A stretch of DNA of 64,000 bases, from NCBI GenBank assembly GCA_043803945.1, contig JAZDJN010000035.1, positions 1-64,000 of the forward strand, written 5' to 3'. A program made the position numbers and the translations under genes. The first letter of the stretch is position 1, and each line of letters opens with the position of its first letter. A model generated the notes under the pieces. The model was not told the DNA's origin. It was given only the letters and a program-made list of their open reading frames with translations, and did not search any database. The stretch comes from a bacterium. GTDB lineage: Bacteria; Bacteroidota; Ignavibacteria; UBA10030. Below are positions 47,035 to 57,078 of this stretch, in pieces.

Positions 47035-47261
47035 AACTTATACTTTTGCTCTGGAAGCTCGGTCAACGGATCCAAGGGTGGATTCTTTTCAGACCGCAAT
47101 TCATTCAGAACATCCAGCGACATATACAGATGTGTCGGCCTGACTACCAGTCCGCAATGCACGCATTCTAGCCCACTGTAGTCAATAGACCTTGTTTCCG
47201 AAAACGCCTTAGCTTCCCCACCGCAATTCGGACATTTAATTTCTTCTGTGCATCCACTCAT
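47025..47261 (-). CDS. Small zinc-ribbon protein
   Basis: CPNCG...CVHCG; AGGAG RBS. Confidence 0.6.
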   Translation of the reverse strand: MSGCTEEIKCPNCGGEAKAFSETRSIDYSGLECVHCGLVVRPTHLYMSLDVLNELRSEKNPPLDPLTELPEQKYKLWG

Positions 47262-47274
47262 ATATTTACTCCTT

Positions 47275-47787
47275 CTATAGTCTATAATTGATACCAACAA
47301 AGATTGCGTCAACCATGCGACCTTTGAGCAACGGACCCTTGAGAGACGGGAAGTGTGGATTCGGATTCATTTCGTTATAGTTGAGAAGATGCCAATACGC
47401 AGCCGCCTCTTCATCCTCGGTTAGATACAATTCAACTTGCCCTTGGAATCCGAGCAACCTTCTTGCTGTATGTGCATGAACCGGGCCAACTGATTCGATT
47501 TCTTCAATCTCTCCATTCTCCTTGAGCAACTGATATATCAAATCCGTTGTCACAATATTGGGAATCAACGGAGTACCTTCACCAACCACGTGAGTCAAAT
47601 CTTCTCCACAAGTCGGGCATTCAATCCAATCTGATTCATCAACATCTGTTGACGAATACTCATTGACATACGGCCCTTGACCGGTATCAACGATCGTTCC
47701 TGTCTGGTGGCAACGGCTATGCACAATTACGTGGTCAATGTTCGTTCCGCAATGCGGACAATCGAAACTTTGCTTGTCAGTCTTCAT
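47275..47787 (-). CDS. Zinc-ribbon hypothetical protein
   Basis: CPHCG...CPTCG. Confidence 0.6.
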   Translation of the reverse strand: MKTDKQSFDCPHCGTNIDHVIVHSRCHQTGTIVDTGQGPYVNEYSSTDVDESDWIECPTCGEDLTHVVGEGTPLIPNIVTTDLIYQLLKENGEIEEIESVGPVHAHTARRLLGFQGQVELYLTEDEEAAAYWHLLNYNEMNPNPHFPSLKGPLLKGRMVDAIFVGINYRL

Positions 47788-47796
47788 GTCTCCCTC

Positions 47797-48180
47797 TCAA
47801 TCTTCAGTTGGTAAAGAAATTGTGATCACAGGCTCGCCAGCGTCACCACCATGTATCTGTGACTTCAACCCTATTGTTCTCTTTTGCTTCGCCTTCATTA
47901 TAAAGCCAACTTGGAATGTAATCAGCGACGCCTCCTTGTTTGACCTGATCGCCATTCTGAGTAAATACAGGACGTCCCATAAACGACCAGCATAAGACTG
48001 GCCATCAGCTCTTTCGTCTGGAACCAGATATTCAGCATGCAGTCGTTGCGTCACAGCTACCGGAATAGTAAATCCAGCTTGCTTCGCCTCTTCGGTAACA
48101 TCAATCAATACACCGTCCTCAATGGCTTGCGCTCTTGAGTACGTTGAGATTACCGACATATCACTAAAAGGATTTTCCAT
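47797..48180 (-). CDS. DUF6573-like protein
   Basis: YSRAQAIEDGVLIDV...GRLWDVL...VITISLPTED, recalled family motif. Confidence 0.7.
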   Translation of the reverse strand: MENPFSDMSVISTYSRAQAIEDGVLIDVTEEAKQAGFTIPVAVTQRLHAEYLVPDERADGQSYAGRLWDVLYLLRMAIRSNKEASLITFQVGFIMKAKQKRTIGLKSQIHGGDAGEPVITISLPTED

Positions 48181-48202
48181 AATTCCCTCACAGTTTGAAT
48201 TG

Positions 48203-48661
48203 TTATTTAACAAAGCCGTTCTCTGCCGCCGACCAATACGATTCCTCAGTAACAATGAGACTATCCACCATCTTAATACCTACAAGCTCACCGACCTCAG
48301 AAAGCTTTTTCGTCATCTCAAGATCCTCTTTAGACGGTTGAATCGAACCACTTGGATGATTGTGTCCCAAAACAATAGAGCATGCACTACCTAATATCGC
48401 TGTCTTGAATACCTCCCTGGCATGAAACATCGTCCCTGTCAACACCCCGATCGAGACGGTGTGGATTCCATCTACCTTGTTCATGGCGTTGAGCAACAAC
48501 ATGACAAAGTGTTCACGATCGACAAGGCCGATATACTCCCTCATAAGTTTTGCAGCATCTTCAGGGTTTTGAATCGTATCAGTCGTTAGAAGAATATTCG
48601 TTTTCTCCTTCACAACCTTGACTCGATAATTCGCTAGCCTCGGATACGGTATCTTTTTCAT
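48203..48661 (-). CDS. radC: RadC-like JAB-domain protein
   Basis: REHF, HNHPSG...PSKED, GIKMVD. Confidence 0.9.
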   Translation of the reverse strand: MKKIPYPRLANYRVKVVKEKTNILLTTDTIQNPEDAAKLMREYIGLVDREHFVMLLLNAMNKVDGIHTVSIGVLTGTMFHAREVFKTAILGSACSIVLGHNHPSGSIQPSKEDLEMTKKLSEVGELVGIKMVDSLIVTEESYWSAAENGFVK

Positions 48662-48987
48662 GACTCTCTCCTTAGCTCTACATGGTCAATATCGATTTCC
48701 ACGACATTGATCAGCTTGACCAAATCGTCAAATTCCAACGAGCAAAACCAAAGCGTGATAATGCGTCTAGAATCTTTATCACCAAAACTTCCGGATATTT
48801 CATTTTTCCGCATTTCCTTGACATAAATCTCATCACCACGCAACAACATAAGCGTAGAGATGGGAACAACGACATGCCTCTTCGCATAGCGATTTAGAAT
48901 TGCTATCGCTCTATAGCAAGCGAAATCAACCAGCTTCTGGAGTAAAAACAGCCGCGCTTCCCTATACCGTTCTTTCAACATTTGCAT
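48658..48987 (-). CDS. Hypothetical phage protein
   Basis: Coupled ORF with GAGG RBS. Confidence 0.55.
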   Translation of the reverse strand: MQMLKERYREARLFLLQKLVDFACYRAIAILNRYAKRHVVVPISTLMLLRGDEIYVKEMRKNEISGSFGDKDSRRIITLWFCSLEFDDLVKLINVVEIDIDHVELRRES

Positions 48988-49063
48988 TGGACTTCCTCTA
49001 TCTTTATGAGTGCTGTAATCAATACCTCAGTTTTGATGTCCTGCATTGACGAAATCCTTCCTG

Positions 49064-49378
49064 CTATGCGAAATAGACAATCCATTCAGCTTTCTCGTTG
49101 TTATCATCAACCTCAATAGGCGATTGTCGATATTTCTCAGGAACTACGAATGGGAACAACTCAATAAGTTTCCTCACCCTTCGGATGTCCCATTGACGAA
49201 CAACTTCGCAAGCCTTGTCATACCATTCGTCACGCAGTTCTAAAGGATGCCTTCGAGCCTCTATCGCCGGCAGCATGCACAAGAAATCTGCATCCTGAAT
49301 AAACCCGTACGACTTGCGACCATTGATATTATCAATCACCTTCTGCTTTAATCTCTCATACTTGATTTCGTAGGGCAT
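49064..49378 (-). CDS. Hypothetical phage protein
   Basis: TAATG coupling to ligase. Confidence 0.55.
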   Translation of the reverse strand: MPYEIKYERLKQKVIDNINGRKSYGFIQDADFLCMLPAIEARRHPLELRDEWYDKACEVVRQWDIRRVRKLIELFPFVVPEKYRQSPIEVDDNNEKAEWIVYFA

Positions 49379-50298
49379 TATTCCTCCCCAAAGTTGAATA
49401 CACATTCTTCCGGGTCTTTATCATCACGCCAATCTAAAAATACCGGATGCTGCAATGCCCCAGAATCATATTGGGGGCCAAACGTCTTAAATGACGCCAC
49501 TCTTCCAATGTGCTTTTCCATTTCGGCTTTCGGACCTGTGATGCCGGTCGAACCTACCACTCTCAGCTTTCCATTCTGGTCGTAGAGTCCGTACGACAAT
49601 CCTACGTATCCCAATTTCCACGACTCTGTGTGATCGCCATCAGGAAGAACCAAACCCGTCTGACTATCCACTCCACCAGGACGAACCCGCCATTCGCTTG
49701 GCTTGGAATCACAATCCGTGATTACAATATCAACTGGATCCCACGCTTTCACCTTTACCCATGCTGAACGACTTCCCGGCTCATACGGTCTCTCTAACCG
49801 CTTCAGCATAGCTCCCTCGCCACCTTTCTCAACAATATCGTCGTAGAAAGCTTTCTTGTTGACATACCGACGAACAGATGGGTAGATTCGACAATCCAAC
49901 AATCCCAAATCTTCCATGAACATTTCATCGAGTGATAACAGTCTTGACTTCAACGGAAATCGAGTGAAGTCGCTACTATCGTTGTATGCAAGCATGTCGA
50001 ATATCACGGCTTCGAGCTTTTCTGGGTCATTTGCCAACCAGTGATTCACTTCGCTATGTCCCTGCAGTAAATCCAAATCCCGGCGGACAATGATTTCCCC
50101 ATCGAGCTTCATGCCTGCAGGGAATCGTCCTTTTAAGAAAGAGACATCCTTCTCCTTCCCATTCCTGCTGAACTGACGATCTCCAACGATGAGAATACGG
50201 TGACCATTGAGCTTTTCATCGGCAACGATTTCCGGGGAATCCCACATCCAATCGTCTTTTCCTTCTTTGAACGAGCGTGCGAGCTGGGCTTCAATCAT
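49378..50298 (-). CDS. ATP-dependent DNA ligase
   Basis: EKLNGHR, LDGEI, FDML, EGAMLK, WVKVK, HPVFLDWRDDK. Confidence 0.88.
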   Translation of the reverse strand: MIEAQLARSFKEGKDDWMWDSPEIVADEKLNGHRILIVGDRQFSRNGKEKDVSFLKGRFPAGMKLDGEIIVRRDLDLLQGHSEVNHWLANDPEKLEAVIFDMLAYNDSSDFTRFPLKSRLLSLDEMFMEDLGLLDCRIYPSVRRYVNKKAFYDDIVEKGGEGAMLKRLERPYEPGSRSAWVKVKAWDPVDIVITDCDSKPSEWRVRPGGVDSQTGLVLPDGDHTESWKLGYVGLSYGLYDQNGKLRVVGSTGITGPKAEMEKHIGRVASFKTFGPQYDSGALQHPVFLDWRDDKDPEECVFNFGEE

Positions 50299-50486
50299 AC
50301 TTCAATCTCCACCCAAACTTCTTCGCTCGTTACGGCATCAAATAACTGTGCCTCTGGAACATAGCATTCATAAACTTGCCTCCCGCAAATTCTGCACACG
50401 CCATACCATTGAATATTTTCTTCGTCAACCTTTGGAGCTTTGTCCCAATTCACATCTGCCTTCGTGCATACATGTTCATTTGCCAT
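50295..50486 (-). CDS. Small Cys-containing protein
   Basis: First ORF after promoter; CRICG. Confidence 0.5.
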   Translation of the reverse strand: MANEHVCTKADVNWDKAPKVDEENIQWYGVCRICGRQVYECYVPEAQLFDAVTSEEVWVEIEV

Positions 50487-50528
50487 TAAATCTACCCTTT
50501 CAATGATGGTGTTTGAATGATTGAGATA

Positions 50529-50556
50529 AACATAACAAGGGAAAAAGAGTTGTCAA
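50529..50556 (-). promoter_or_regulatory. Early sigma70-type promoter
   Basis: TTGACA-16-TATGTT; nearly identical to 53994-54022. Confidence 0.65.
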
Positions 50557-50722
50557 GTCAGAGCTCAATGACAATCCCATCTTGGCAATCTGCAGCTTCT
50601 TTCTCTGCTTCACCTTTGTCGATGAATACTTTATTGTTCCCTTCAACGTCCACTACAATCGCAGCGTACTCAGGGCCACCAAAAGTTTCTACAATGATAT
50701 AAGACATGACTGTCCCTTTCTG

Positions 50723-51091
50723 TTATGCACAATGACCACACCAACCAGACTTTTCACCATGAAACAACAGCAGACGTTCCCGTCTCCGGAATGGCGCCTT
50801 GCTAATGTCTTTCTTGTATTCAAAACACTCTTCGAATATCTTCTTAAATTTTCCCGGCTTGCACCAACTCACTGTGATGCTCTCTACTTGTGTTCCATTC
50901 TTTCGATCTTCGTCAGGAATAATGACACCAAACTCCTGAGCACCATCTTCACTGAAGGAATCATTCAACAATAATAGGCCGTTGCACTCAAACCCTGTGC
51001 AGAGCGTCCACGACGTGCATCGGTAGAGATCAGCTACTAGCTCATCAAGTTCATCATACTTCTTGACTCTGTATACTCGCAGATTCGTCAT
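50723..51091 (-). CDS. Hypothetical phage protein
   Basis: WTLCTGF...LNDSFSEDGAQEF...QVESITVSW; coupled ORF. Confidence 0.6.
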   Translation of the reverse strand: MTNLRVYRVKKYDELDELVADLYRCTSWTLCTGFECNGLLLLNDSFSEDGAQEFGVIIPDEDRKNGTQVESITVSWCKPGKFKKIFEECFEYKKDISKAPFRRRERLLLFHGEKSGWCGHCA

Positions 51092-51906
51092 GCGACCTCC
51101 AACATTAACTGATTCGATACAACCACCTTTGGCTTATATAACTCAACTGCCTCTATAAACTTTTGAACGATTTCAATCACCACAGCATGGCGTCCTTCTG
51201 CCAATGCAGCTCTGGCGACATTCAACGAACCGGCAAACAAATCCATCACGATATCACCAGGCATTGTACCGAAACGGACAAGCTCTCGATATAAGTCAAC
51301 AGGCTTCTCCGATTCGTGACGCCTCTTTGTCGGAAAAATCATCTGGTGTTCCAGAACATCCTTCACAGACTTGTCAAACGGCATAGCTCTCTTGCCCTTC
51401 GACATAAACAATATCGACTCATATCGTGGACGACCATTGTATCCCATCCCCATCTGTTTCTTATCCCACACGAACAGCTTGTTGAACTGGAAACCGACAG
51501 TCTCTGCCTCAGTTATCAATGCATCAATGTGAGGTTTTGTCTCACCGGTGAGACTCGGACAGAAAATGAAACAATGCGCCCCACCCCATACCGGCTGACC
51601 GTTCGTTCCTCTTGACTCCTTCTGAGACTTCAACACCCTGAACATTTCACGGAGTAAATCTTTGTCGATGTCCCTTGTCGGATACGACCAAGATCCAGAC
51701 TGTTTCCGTGTTGTGCCACGCTCAAGGTGATGATTCAACCACGTGTAGCCAGGGTTTGTGATAATCATATCAATGACCTCTGACTCAATTTCCTTTATCC
51801 TCTCCCATACATCACCGTGAAGGGCTATTGCGACCGCCTCTCCATGCTTGGCGACATAGACACCCCTGCAAACCCGAACAAAGAGCCTACCGTTGGCTTC
51901 GTTCAA
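51088..51906 (-). CDS. DNA N6-A/N4-C methyltransferase (beta class), orphan
   Basis: ITNPGY before HESEKP and DLFAGS. Confidence 0.85.
   Translation of the reverse strand: MNEANGRLFVRVCRGVYVAKHGEAVAIALHGDVWERIKEIESEVIDMIITNPGYTWLNHHLERGTTRKQSGSWSYPTRDIDKDLLREMFRVLKSQKESRGTNGQPVWGGAHCFIFCPSLTGETKPHIDALITEAETVGFQFNKLFVWDKKQMGMGYNGRPRYESILFMSKGKRAMPFDKSVKDVLEHQMIFPTKRRHESEKPVDLYRELVRFGTMPGDIVMDLFAGSLNVARAALAEGRHAVVIEIVQKFIEAVELYKPKVVVSNQLMLEVA
51539..51554. repeat. Dispersed 16-bp palindrome GTCTCACCGGTGAGAC inside MTase gene
   Basis: 22-bp minus-strand match to array unit 3 (GTCTCACCGGTGAGACAAAACC). Confidence 0.75.
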
Positions 51907-52018
51907 TCTGCCACGAATGGTGGAATCCTTGTCTCAGGACGAACGGCTATCACTTCTGCATAGATATCTGGCAGCTTCGTCGGTTGCTTGAGGATCCTCT
52001 GCAGCAACGATGTGAGTG

Positions 52019-52213
52019 TCATTGTCGATCACCATTCGCTTGAACGTAGAAAGCATTCATCGCTTCGCATTCTGCTCTGACGACTGGATGCCACAACGTA
52101 TTGATGGGTGTTCCAACGTCATAATTGGAGTGGGCCCATTCCTTGAAAGACTGTAATTCTTCCTCACGTATGGATTTGAAGGTGAGTAACGGTAAGGGCT
52201 TGCAGTCACACAT
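52019..52213 (-). CDS. Hypothetical phage protein
   Basis: GAGG RBS; WHPVVRAEC motif. Confidence 0.5.
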   Translation of the reverse strand: MCDCKPLPLLTFKSIREEELQSFKEWAHSNYDVGTPINTLWHPVVRAECEAMNAFYVQANGDRQ

Positions 52214-52296
52214 TTACAATTTCCTCTGGGTAAAGTGGATGGTTAGATTAGTGGATTAAAGCCTCTTGGGACTTCCAGGGATTCGATATGAGCCTG

Positions 52297-52767
52297 CTAA
52301 TTCATCTGTGGTAGTGAATGGATAAGGGCTGAAAGCTGTTCTACAGAGTGACGCTTTTTATCAAGAACGATCTTGTCTAACTTTCTCGAAAAGGCATATT
52401 CTGACCAACACAATTCCGGCATATCCTCGATTAACTTCTGAGCACGTCGATACTGGAAAATGAAGTCTTCAATCGTTTCAGGGACACACTCTTCCATTAT
52501 GTTCTTTCCATGTCCATACTGGATTGTTCCATCAATCACATAGATGGAAATAAACACGCGCAATATGTTTCGTTTCCACTTAAACGACTGAAATTCACCG
52601 CACTGTTCGTAATCCCATCCAGCAAAAAGGTAGAGCATCTCGACCTTGAACTTCATTCCAAGCAACTCGCCATACGCATCAAGGTCTATTGCAGGAAGGT
52701 TCCCATACGCTTCTCTGAACGTCTCAGCTTTTGTCATTGTTTTCCTCAATTCATTATCATTGAGCAT
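52297..52767 (-). CDS. Hypothetical phage protein
   Basis: Packed co-oriented ORF. Confidence 0.55.
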   Translation of the reverse strand: MLNDNELRKTMTKAETFREAYGNLPAIDLDAYGELLGMKFKVEMLYLFAGWDYEQCGEFQSFKWKRNILRVFISIYVIDGTIQYGHGKNIMEECVPETIEDFIFQYRRAQKLIEDMPELCWSEYAFSRKLDKIVLDKKRHSVEQLSALIHSLPQMN

Positions 52768-53054
52768 CGATACTCGAATAGGTCAGTGCTCTCAACTGCC
52801 CCAAGCTGTTCCAGGATGGAAATCGGAACTAACAGGCAACATTGCTTCTCGTCCGGTTCTGGGCATTCCGAATCTAGCACAGCCCTATCAACGACAATAC
52901 CGACCAAATCAGACGGATATTGTTCTTTCGCTTTCGATACAACTATCTGTGCCTGTAATAAATCGAACAACACAATCTTATCGCCAGACTCGAGCAATTC
53001 AACATGGTTTTTACCGACTTTTCCGACCTGAACATATCCATTTATCATTCTCAT
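52746..53054 (-). CDS. Hypothetical phage protein
   Basis: ATGA coupling to upstream ORF. Confidence 0.55.
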   Translation of the reverse strand: MRMINGYVQVGKVGKNHVELLESGDKIVLFDLLQAQIVVSKAKEQYPSDLVGIVVDRAVLDSECPEPDEKQCCLLVPISILEQLGAVESTDLFEYRCSMIMN

Positions 53055-53320
53055 ACAAGTTCTCCTGTCTCTTCTCTCTGAGCGACGAACTCATCTCGTT
53101 TTTCTAAGAACATACTCATCGCATCTGCATCATTGCCTGTGGCCAACATGCAATCGGTCACTAGACCCTGCAGCTCAATGGGTTGCACATCCAGAAATTG
53201 ACCCGCTTCATGTAACTTCCTCCATCCGGCCATATCGTTTATTCCGTTACAGTGGTTGAATTGATTGAAATAACTGGCTGTATTCTTCTGAGGATTCGAT
53301 ATGAGTTTCTCAAAATCCAT
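53051..53320 (-). CDS. Hypothetical phage protein
   Basis: Packed co-oriented ORF. Confidence 0.5.
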   Translation of the reverse strand: MDFEKLISNPQKNTASYFNQFNHCNGINDMAGWRKLHEAGQFLDVQPIELQGLVTDCMLATGNDADAMSMFLEKRDEFVAQREETGELV

Positions 53321-53381
53321 CAGGTGATAAAAGATATTGGAGGTAGAGAAGAGAGCAACCCTTCTCTACCCCAGCCCCAAA

Positions 53382-53930
53382 CTACTTCTTCACTGTAGCT
53401 GGCGTCGTCACTGGCGACGGCGTTACACCCTCTTTCTTTTGGGACTTCTTTGCATCCGGCTTCTCAACGTTTTCAGTTTTCTTGGCGTCGACTTGTTCGG
53501 TTTTCTTTGCTGTCATCTTCTGACCTGGCTTTGACCAATACGTCGATCGCAGGCACAGGACGATCTTCGGTGTCCCCTTCGTCAGACCGTGTTCCTGTTC
53601 GATCTTCGTCAGACCACCATCATAGATGGCTGAGTTCTCAGGCGTTTCGACGATGCGCTTCACAGGTTCTTTTCCCTCTAAATCAATCAGCTTGATATAG
53701 ATGTGGCTGGATTTCTTGTGTTCCTTCACTTCCGCGATGCCGGCAACTTTGAATGAACCGAGCGTCTTCGGCAGGATCTTTTCGAGCAATGCCATCTTTG
53801 CTGTCCGTCTGTCGCTAATTGATTCGACTGACTCGAATTTCCTTCCAGACCGTTTTCCGACCTGTCCAAGCTGTTCTTGTTCGGGTGTGCTTTTATGCAT
53901 GATTGCTAATGCGACGTGTTCTGTGGTCAT
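53382..53930 (-). CDS. Lys-rich hypothetical protein
   Basis: Own promoter upstream and hairpin 53342-53370 downstream; basic low-complexity tail. Confidence 0.6.
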   Translation of the reverse strand: MTTEHVALAIMHKSTPEQEQLGQVGKRSGRKFESVESISDRRTAKMALLEKILPKTLGSFKVAGIAEVKEHKKSSHIYIKLIDLEGKEPVKRIVETPENSAIYDGGLTKIEQEHGLTKGTPKIVLCLRSTYWSKPGQKMTAKKTEQVDAKKTENVEKPDAKKSQKKEGVTPSPVTTPATVKK

Positions 53931-53993
53931 ACTGATACCCTTCCCATAAAGGTTCAACATAATGAATGATGATGTTATTAGATTGACATATTA

Positions 53994-54022
53994 AACATAA
54001 CAAGGAAAAAAAGAGATGTCAA
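53994..54022 (-). promoter_or_regulatory. Early sigma70-type promoter
   Basis: TTGACA-17-TATGTT preceded by TGT. Confidence 0.65.
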
Positions 54023-54041
54023 ATCCAGTTGCAATAAATAT

Positions 54042-54344
54042 TTAACCGGCTGCCACCATGCGTAACGCCTTCTTGCTCAGTAAGCTGGGTGACACTCGCC
54101 ACTGCTTGCGGAACCGGAGAGTGCTTGGTTCCGGTTTCTCAACGTGTTCAGTAACAGTGACCGATTTCGAATTGAGAGAATCAATGACAACATCAATCGC
54201 CATCCCTTTGATATTCAATTCTACGATTTCGTTGACACGGAAAGCACGCATCTCTTCTTGCGCTTTCTGGTGAATCCTGTCAATGATCAGATCTCTGGTA
54301 GTGGAATTCAAATCACGAAGCTGCTCCTCTGTCATGTGTCTCAA
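54042..54344 (-). CDS. Hypothetical phage protein
   Basis: SH3-like C-terminus WRVSPSLL. Confidence 0.55.
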   Translation of the reverse strand: MRHMTEEQLRDLNSTTRDLIIDRIHQKAQEEMRAFRVNEIVELNIKGMAIDVVIDSLNSKSVTVTEHVEKPEPSTLRFRKQWRVSPSLLSKKALRMVAAG

Positions 54345-54406
54345 GTTAGCTTCATATCGGCTAACAAATGGTCCATTGTCATAACTATCAATCCTTTCTT
54401 CAGTGA

Positions 54407-54652
54407 TTACGATACAACTAGAACTTTTTCAGATTCATACTTCCCGGCAATGTTTCGATGAAAGAACCGGCCAGGACTTTTAGCTCTCATTAATCTGGTA
54501 GCCGTCGCTTTCTTAACCCCATAGAAATAGTAATCTCCGGACTTGAATCGAATCAACAACCGTCTGAATACATTGTCATGCTGGACAGCATTGATGCATG
54601 TCGACCGAACTTCTACCTGCCCTCGAACACGGATGGAAGCGATACGTCTCAT
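54407..54652 (-). CDS. KTSC-domain protein
   Basis: VRSTCINAV...LLIRFKSG..Y.Y.GV...LMRAKSPGRFFHRNI. Confidence 0.85.
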   Translation of the reverse strand: MRRIASIRVRGQVEVRSTCINAVQHDNVFRRLLIRFKSGDYYFYGVKKATATRLMRAKSPGRFFHRNIAGKYESEKVLVVS

Positions 54653-54880
54653 CGTCGCCTCCCTGACTGTGCTAATTCCGCTTCATAATCAGCATCGCGA
54701 TCCTCTTTCAACAGGGCTCCTTTGATCACCGCAGCTTTCTCTTCATCAAGCCTCTTTGCCTGTTGACGGTCAATTCGTCGTGCTTGTGTCGTGCTGATTA
54801 AATTCGCCTTCTGCAAGGCTGTCGCAATACTATCGTTGAACAACATACCGCACCTCTTAATAATTATGATTGATATTGGA

Positions 54881-55262
54881 TTATCGACCAAGATGGTCTT
54901 CAAGCTCTTTTACTTCTACTGCTTGCTGCTTCTGTCGAACGTTTATTTCAGTCAATCCGTTGTAAAACTTCTGAAGCCTCGCAAACTCCCCGCAGTTAAT
55001 GTCGAATTCTACTGACAGGCTCTGCAACTCACCCAAACTGTTGAGACAAGCATCGTTCCACTTCTCATGCTCTAACTTCTGAATTGTTATGTCGATCCTT
55101 CTTTTCAACGCCAGGCCGTTTTCAATCATTTTGCGTCTTACATACTCAAAGTCTGATGCTGTTTGATACAGCAAACCATTCATTGGGCTGCTTGACTCAC
55201 GAAACTCTTTGCTTTCCATCATCGCTCTCGTAAGCGACCCTGGCAACTTTTGCGTATCCATG
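54881..55262 (-). CDS. Hypothetical phage protein
   Basis: GAGG RBS before MDTQK. Confidence 0.55.
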
Positions 55263-55295
55263 CTGACCTCTAAAATGAAGTGAATGAATTGGGAA

Positions 55296-55823
55296 TTAGT
55301 AATATCCAATGGCCATCTCTGGCTCAACTTGCGTAGCGAACCAACTGAACGGCTTCTTGCTTGCCTGTACAAATGGATCTCGAAGAATCCACTCCATCAC
55401 CTCAAATATCCTGCTATCGATATTCACGACTTCTTTCATATGGAATCGGACGTTGTAATTATCGAACCTGTTGGCTTCTTGCATCCTCACTTCTTCCATA
55501 TTCATTACCTGCATTGGCCACCCGTCATCTGGACTTTCTACGATTTCTGGAATCTGTGGCTCATCTATCAATTGTGGTCGATACAGCGTTAAGCTGTAAA
55601 TCCCGAAACCCTCACCGATTATCACCTGATAGTGAAGCGGGCCTAAGATTGGATGGTCAAACAGCAGGAATCCATCAACCGACGAGCTGTCAGTCGGGTC
55701 CTGCGGAGCATTGATTGTCTTGTGCCTTTCTCCAAACTCCCTAACCATTCGGGCAAGAAACATGTCCCAAATCAACTGCTTTACTCTGGCTTCTTCCTGC
55801 ATTACTACAAGCTTCGCGCTCAT
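55296..55823 (-). CDS. Hypothetical phage protein
   Basis: GAGGA RBS, 175 aa. Confidence 0.6.
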   Translation of the reverse strand: MSAKLVVMQEEARVKQLIWDMFLARMVREFGERHKTINAPQDPTDSSSVDGFLLFDHPILGPLHYQVIIGEGFGIYSLTLYRPQLIDEPQIPEIVESPDDGWPMQVMNMEEVRMQEANRFDNYNVRFHMKEVVNIDSRIFEVMEWILRDPFVQASKKPFSWFATQVEPEMAIGYY

Positions 55824-55858
55824 ACTGTCCTCAGAATTTGGTGGTGAATAAAGAGTAA

Positions 55859-56446
55859 TTAGTTGACTACTTCTACCATCTGTTCTACCGTTACGATCTG
55901 CGCTGCTACCATCGTCGGGATTTCAACAGAATCGAGTTTTAACCAACCCCAAAGGAAGTTGTCTGGTGTCGTCTTGCTTTCCCGAAAGTCCATTTCCCCC
56001 ATCTCGAATTCTTTGGTGAAAGGAAGAGGTTGGAGTGGGTCCCACCGAAGCGTTATTCCTTTTATCTGAAACTCCCTGTTCCGAACCGCGATAAATTCGT
56101 ATCCCCATCCTTCAGGAACGTCCATAAAGTAAACTTCCACGTCGTTCTTTCTTGCAATTGCGATAGCCTCCTCGATCCCGTCCTTTCTGTGTCCCATATA
56201 CACTGTGAACTTTGGCTGGTTCTGGAGGTTCTTAATCAGATTGGCTACGCCCTTCTGCCATTCCCGATTATCGTCCTCCAAATAGATGTAAGTGTTTTCT
56301 CCGGTCTTCACCGCCAACCGCCCGTCAACCTTCATCCCACCCGCTATTTTACAGCAAAGCCCAGAACTTTGTCTGGGCTTTTTGTGGAGGGATTCCTGAA
56401 TCGAATCCATCAGGGACTTGCTTTCATCGATCTTCTTGCGTTTCAT
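55859..56446 (-). CDS. Hypothetical phage protein
   Basis: AGGAG RBS, first ORF after promoter. Confidence 0.6.
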   Translation of the reverse strand: MKRKKIDESKSLMDSIQESLHKKPRQSSGLCCKIAGGMKVDGRLAVKTGENTYIYLEDDNREWQKGVANLIKNLQNQPKFTVYMGHRKDGIEEAIAIARKNDVEVYFMDVPEGWGYEFIAVRNREFQIKGITLRWDPLQPLPFTKEFEMGEMDFRESKTTPDNFLWGWLKLDSVEIPTMVAAQIVTVEQMVEVVN

Positions 56447-56507
56447 CTATTCTTCTCCTCTTTGGTTTGTTCATTGTTATGTAGTTGCTTATTGATATAT
56501 TGATATA

Positions 56508-56536
56508 AAACTATACAGATGTTTAATGAATGTCAA
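56508..56536 (-). promoter_or_regulatory. Early sigma70-type promoter
   Basis: TTGACA-17-TAGTTT. Confidence 0.5.
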
Positions 56537-57078
56537 GTATATTAAACACGACAATCTCAGTAATAACATAATATTATTATGATACTAAGATTCGATTAGG
56601 AACAATGATGAAGACGTGTCTGGTATGTTGGATGGTAAAAAGGGAGATAATCTTTTATAGACGATTGTGAAACGAATATTGTCTCTGGTATTGACGTGAA
56701 TAACCCGATAATTTCTCCAGTTGCTCAAAATAAACTGAAATAACGATATAGAGTTACACGGTGATACACTTTGATTACACATATTGAGCAATTGAAAAGA
56801 TGGGGAGAATGATCAAAGCCCGGTAAAGTGTTTGGAACCAGCCCGAACCGTGTAGTCCTTCGATCCCATAATAAATGATGTTCGATCGGTGGTCAGTGCT
56901 GTTTTCGGTTAATGATGTCAAAGAACCTTATAGTCATCGCTGCTCTGCAAGGATGAGAGGAATATACTATTCTCTTGACTATGACCTTTTATAAAGTGTT
57001 AAGCGCAGCGCAGTTGCTTTGCGGTGATTTCAACCTGGCCAGCATCAACCTTGGGGGCGGCGCTGGCGAAAACCCCCA

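Larger units (their letters stand above)
5672..56540 (-). mobile_element. Myovirus-like prophage or phage-plasmid region (boundaries approximate)
   Basis: Co-oriented lysis, tail and head operon plus ~35 small early ORFs; no att sites or integrase seen. Confidence 0.7.

Noticed and set aside
5672-57050. attL/attR direct repeats at the ends of the phage region
   Set aside because: No shared sequence seen by eye between ~5670-5780 and ~56540-57050
56998-57078. Possible attC starting at GTTAAGCGC near 56998
   Set aside because: Only the core box matches; no palindromic partner or complementary cassette end found
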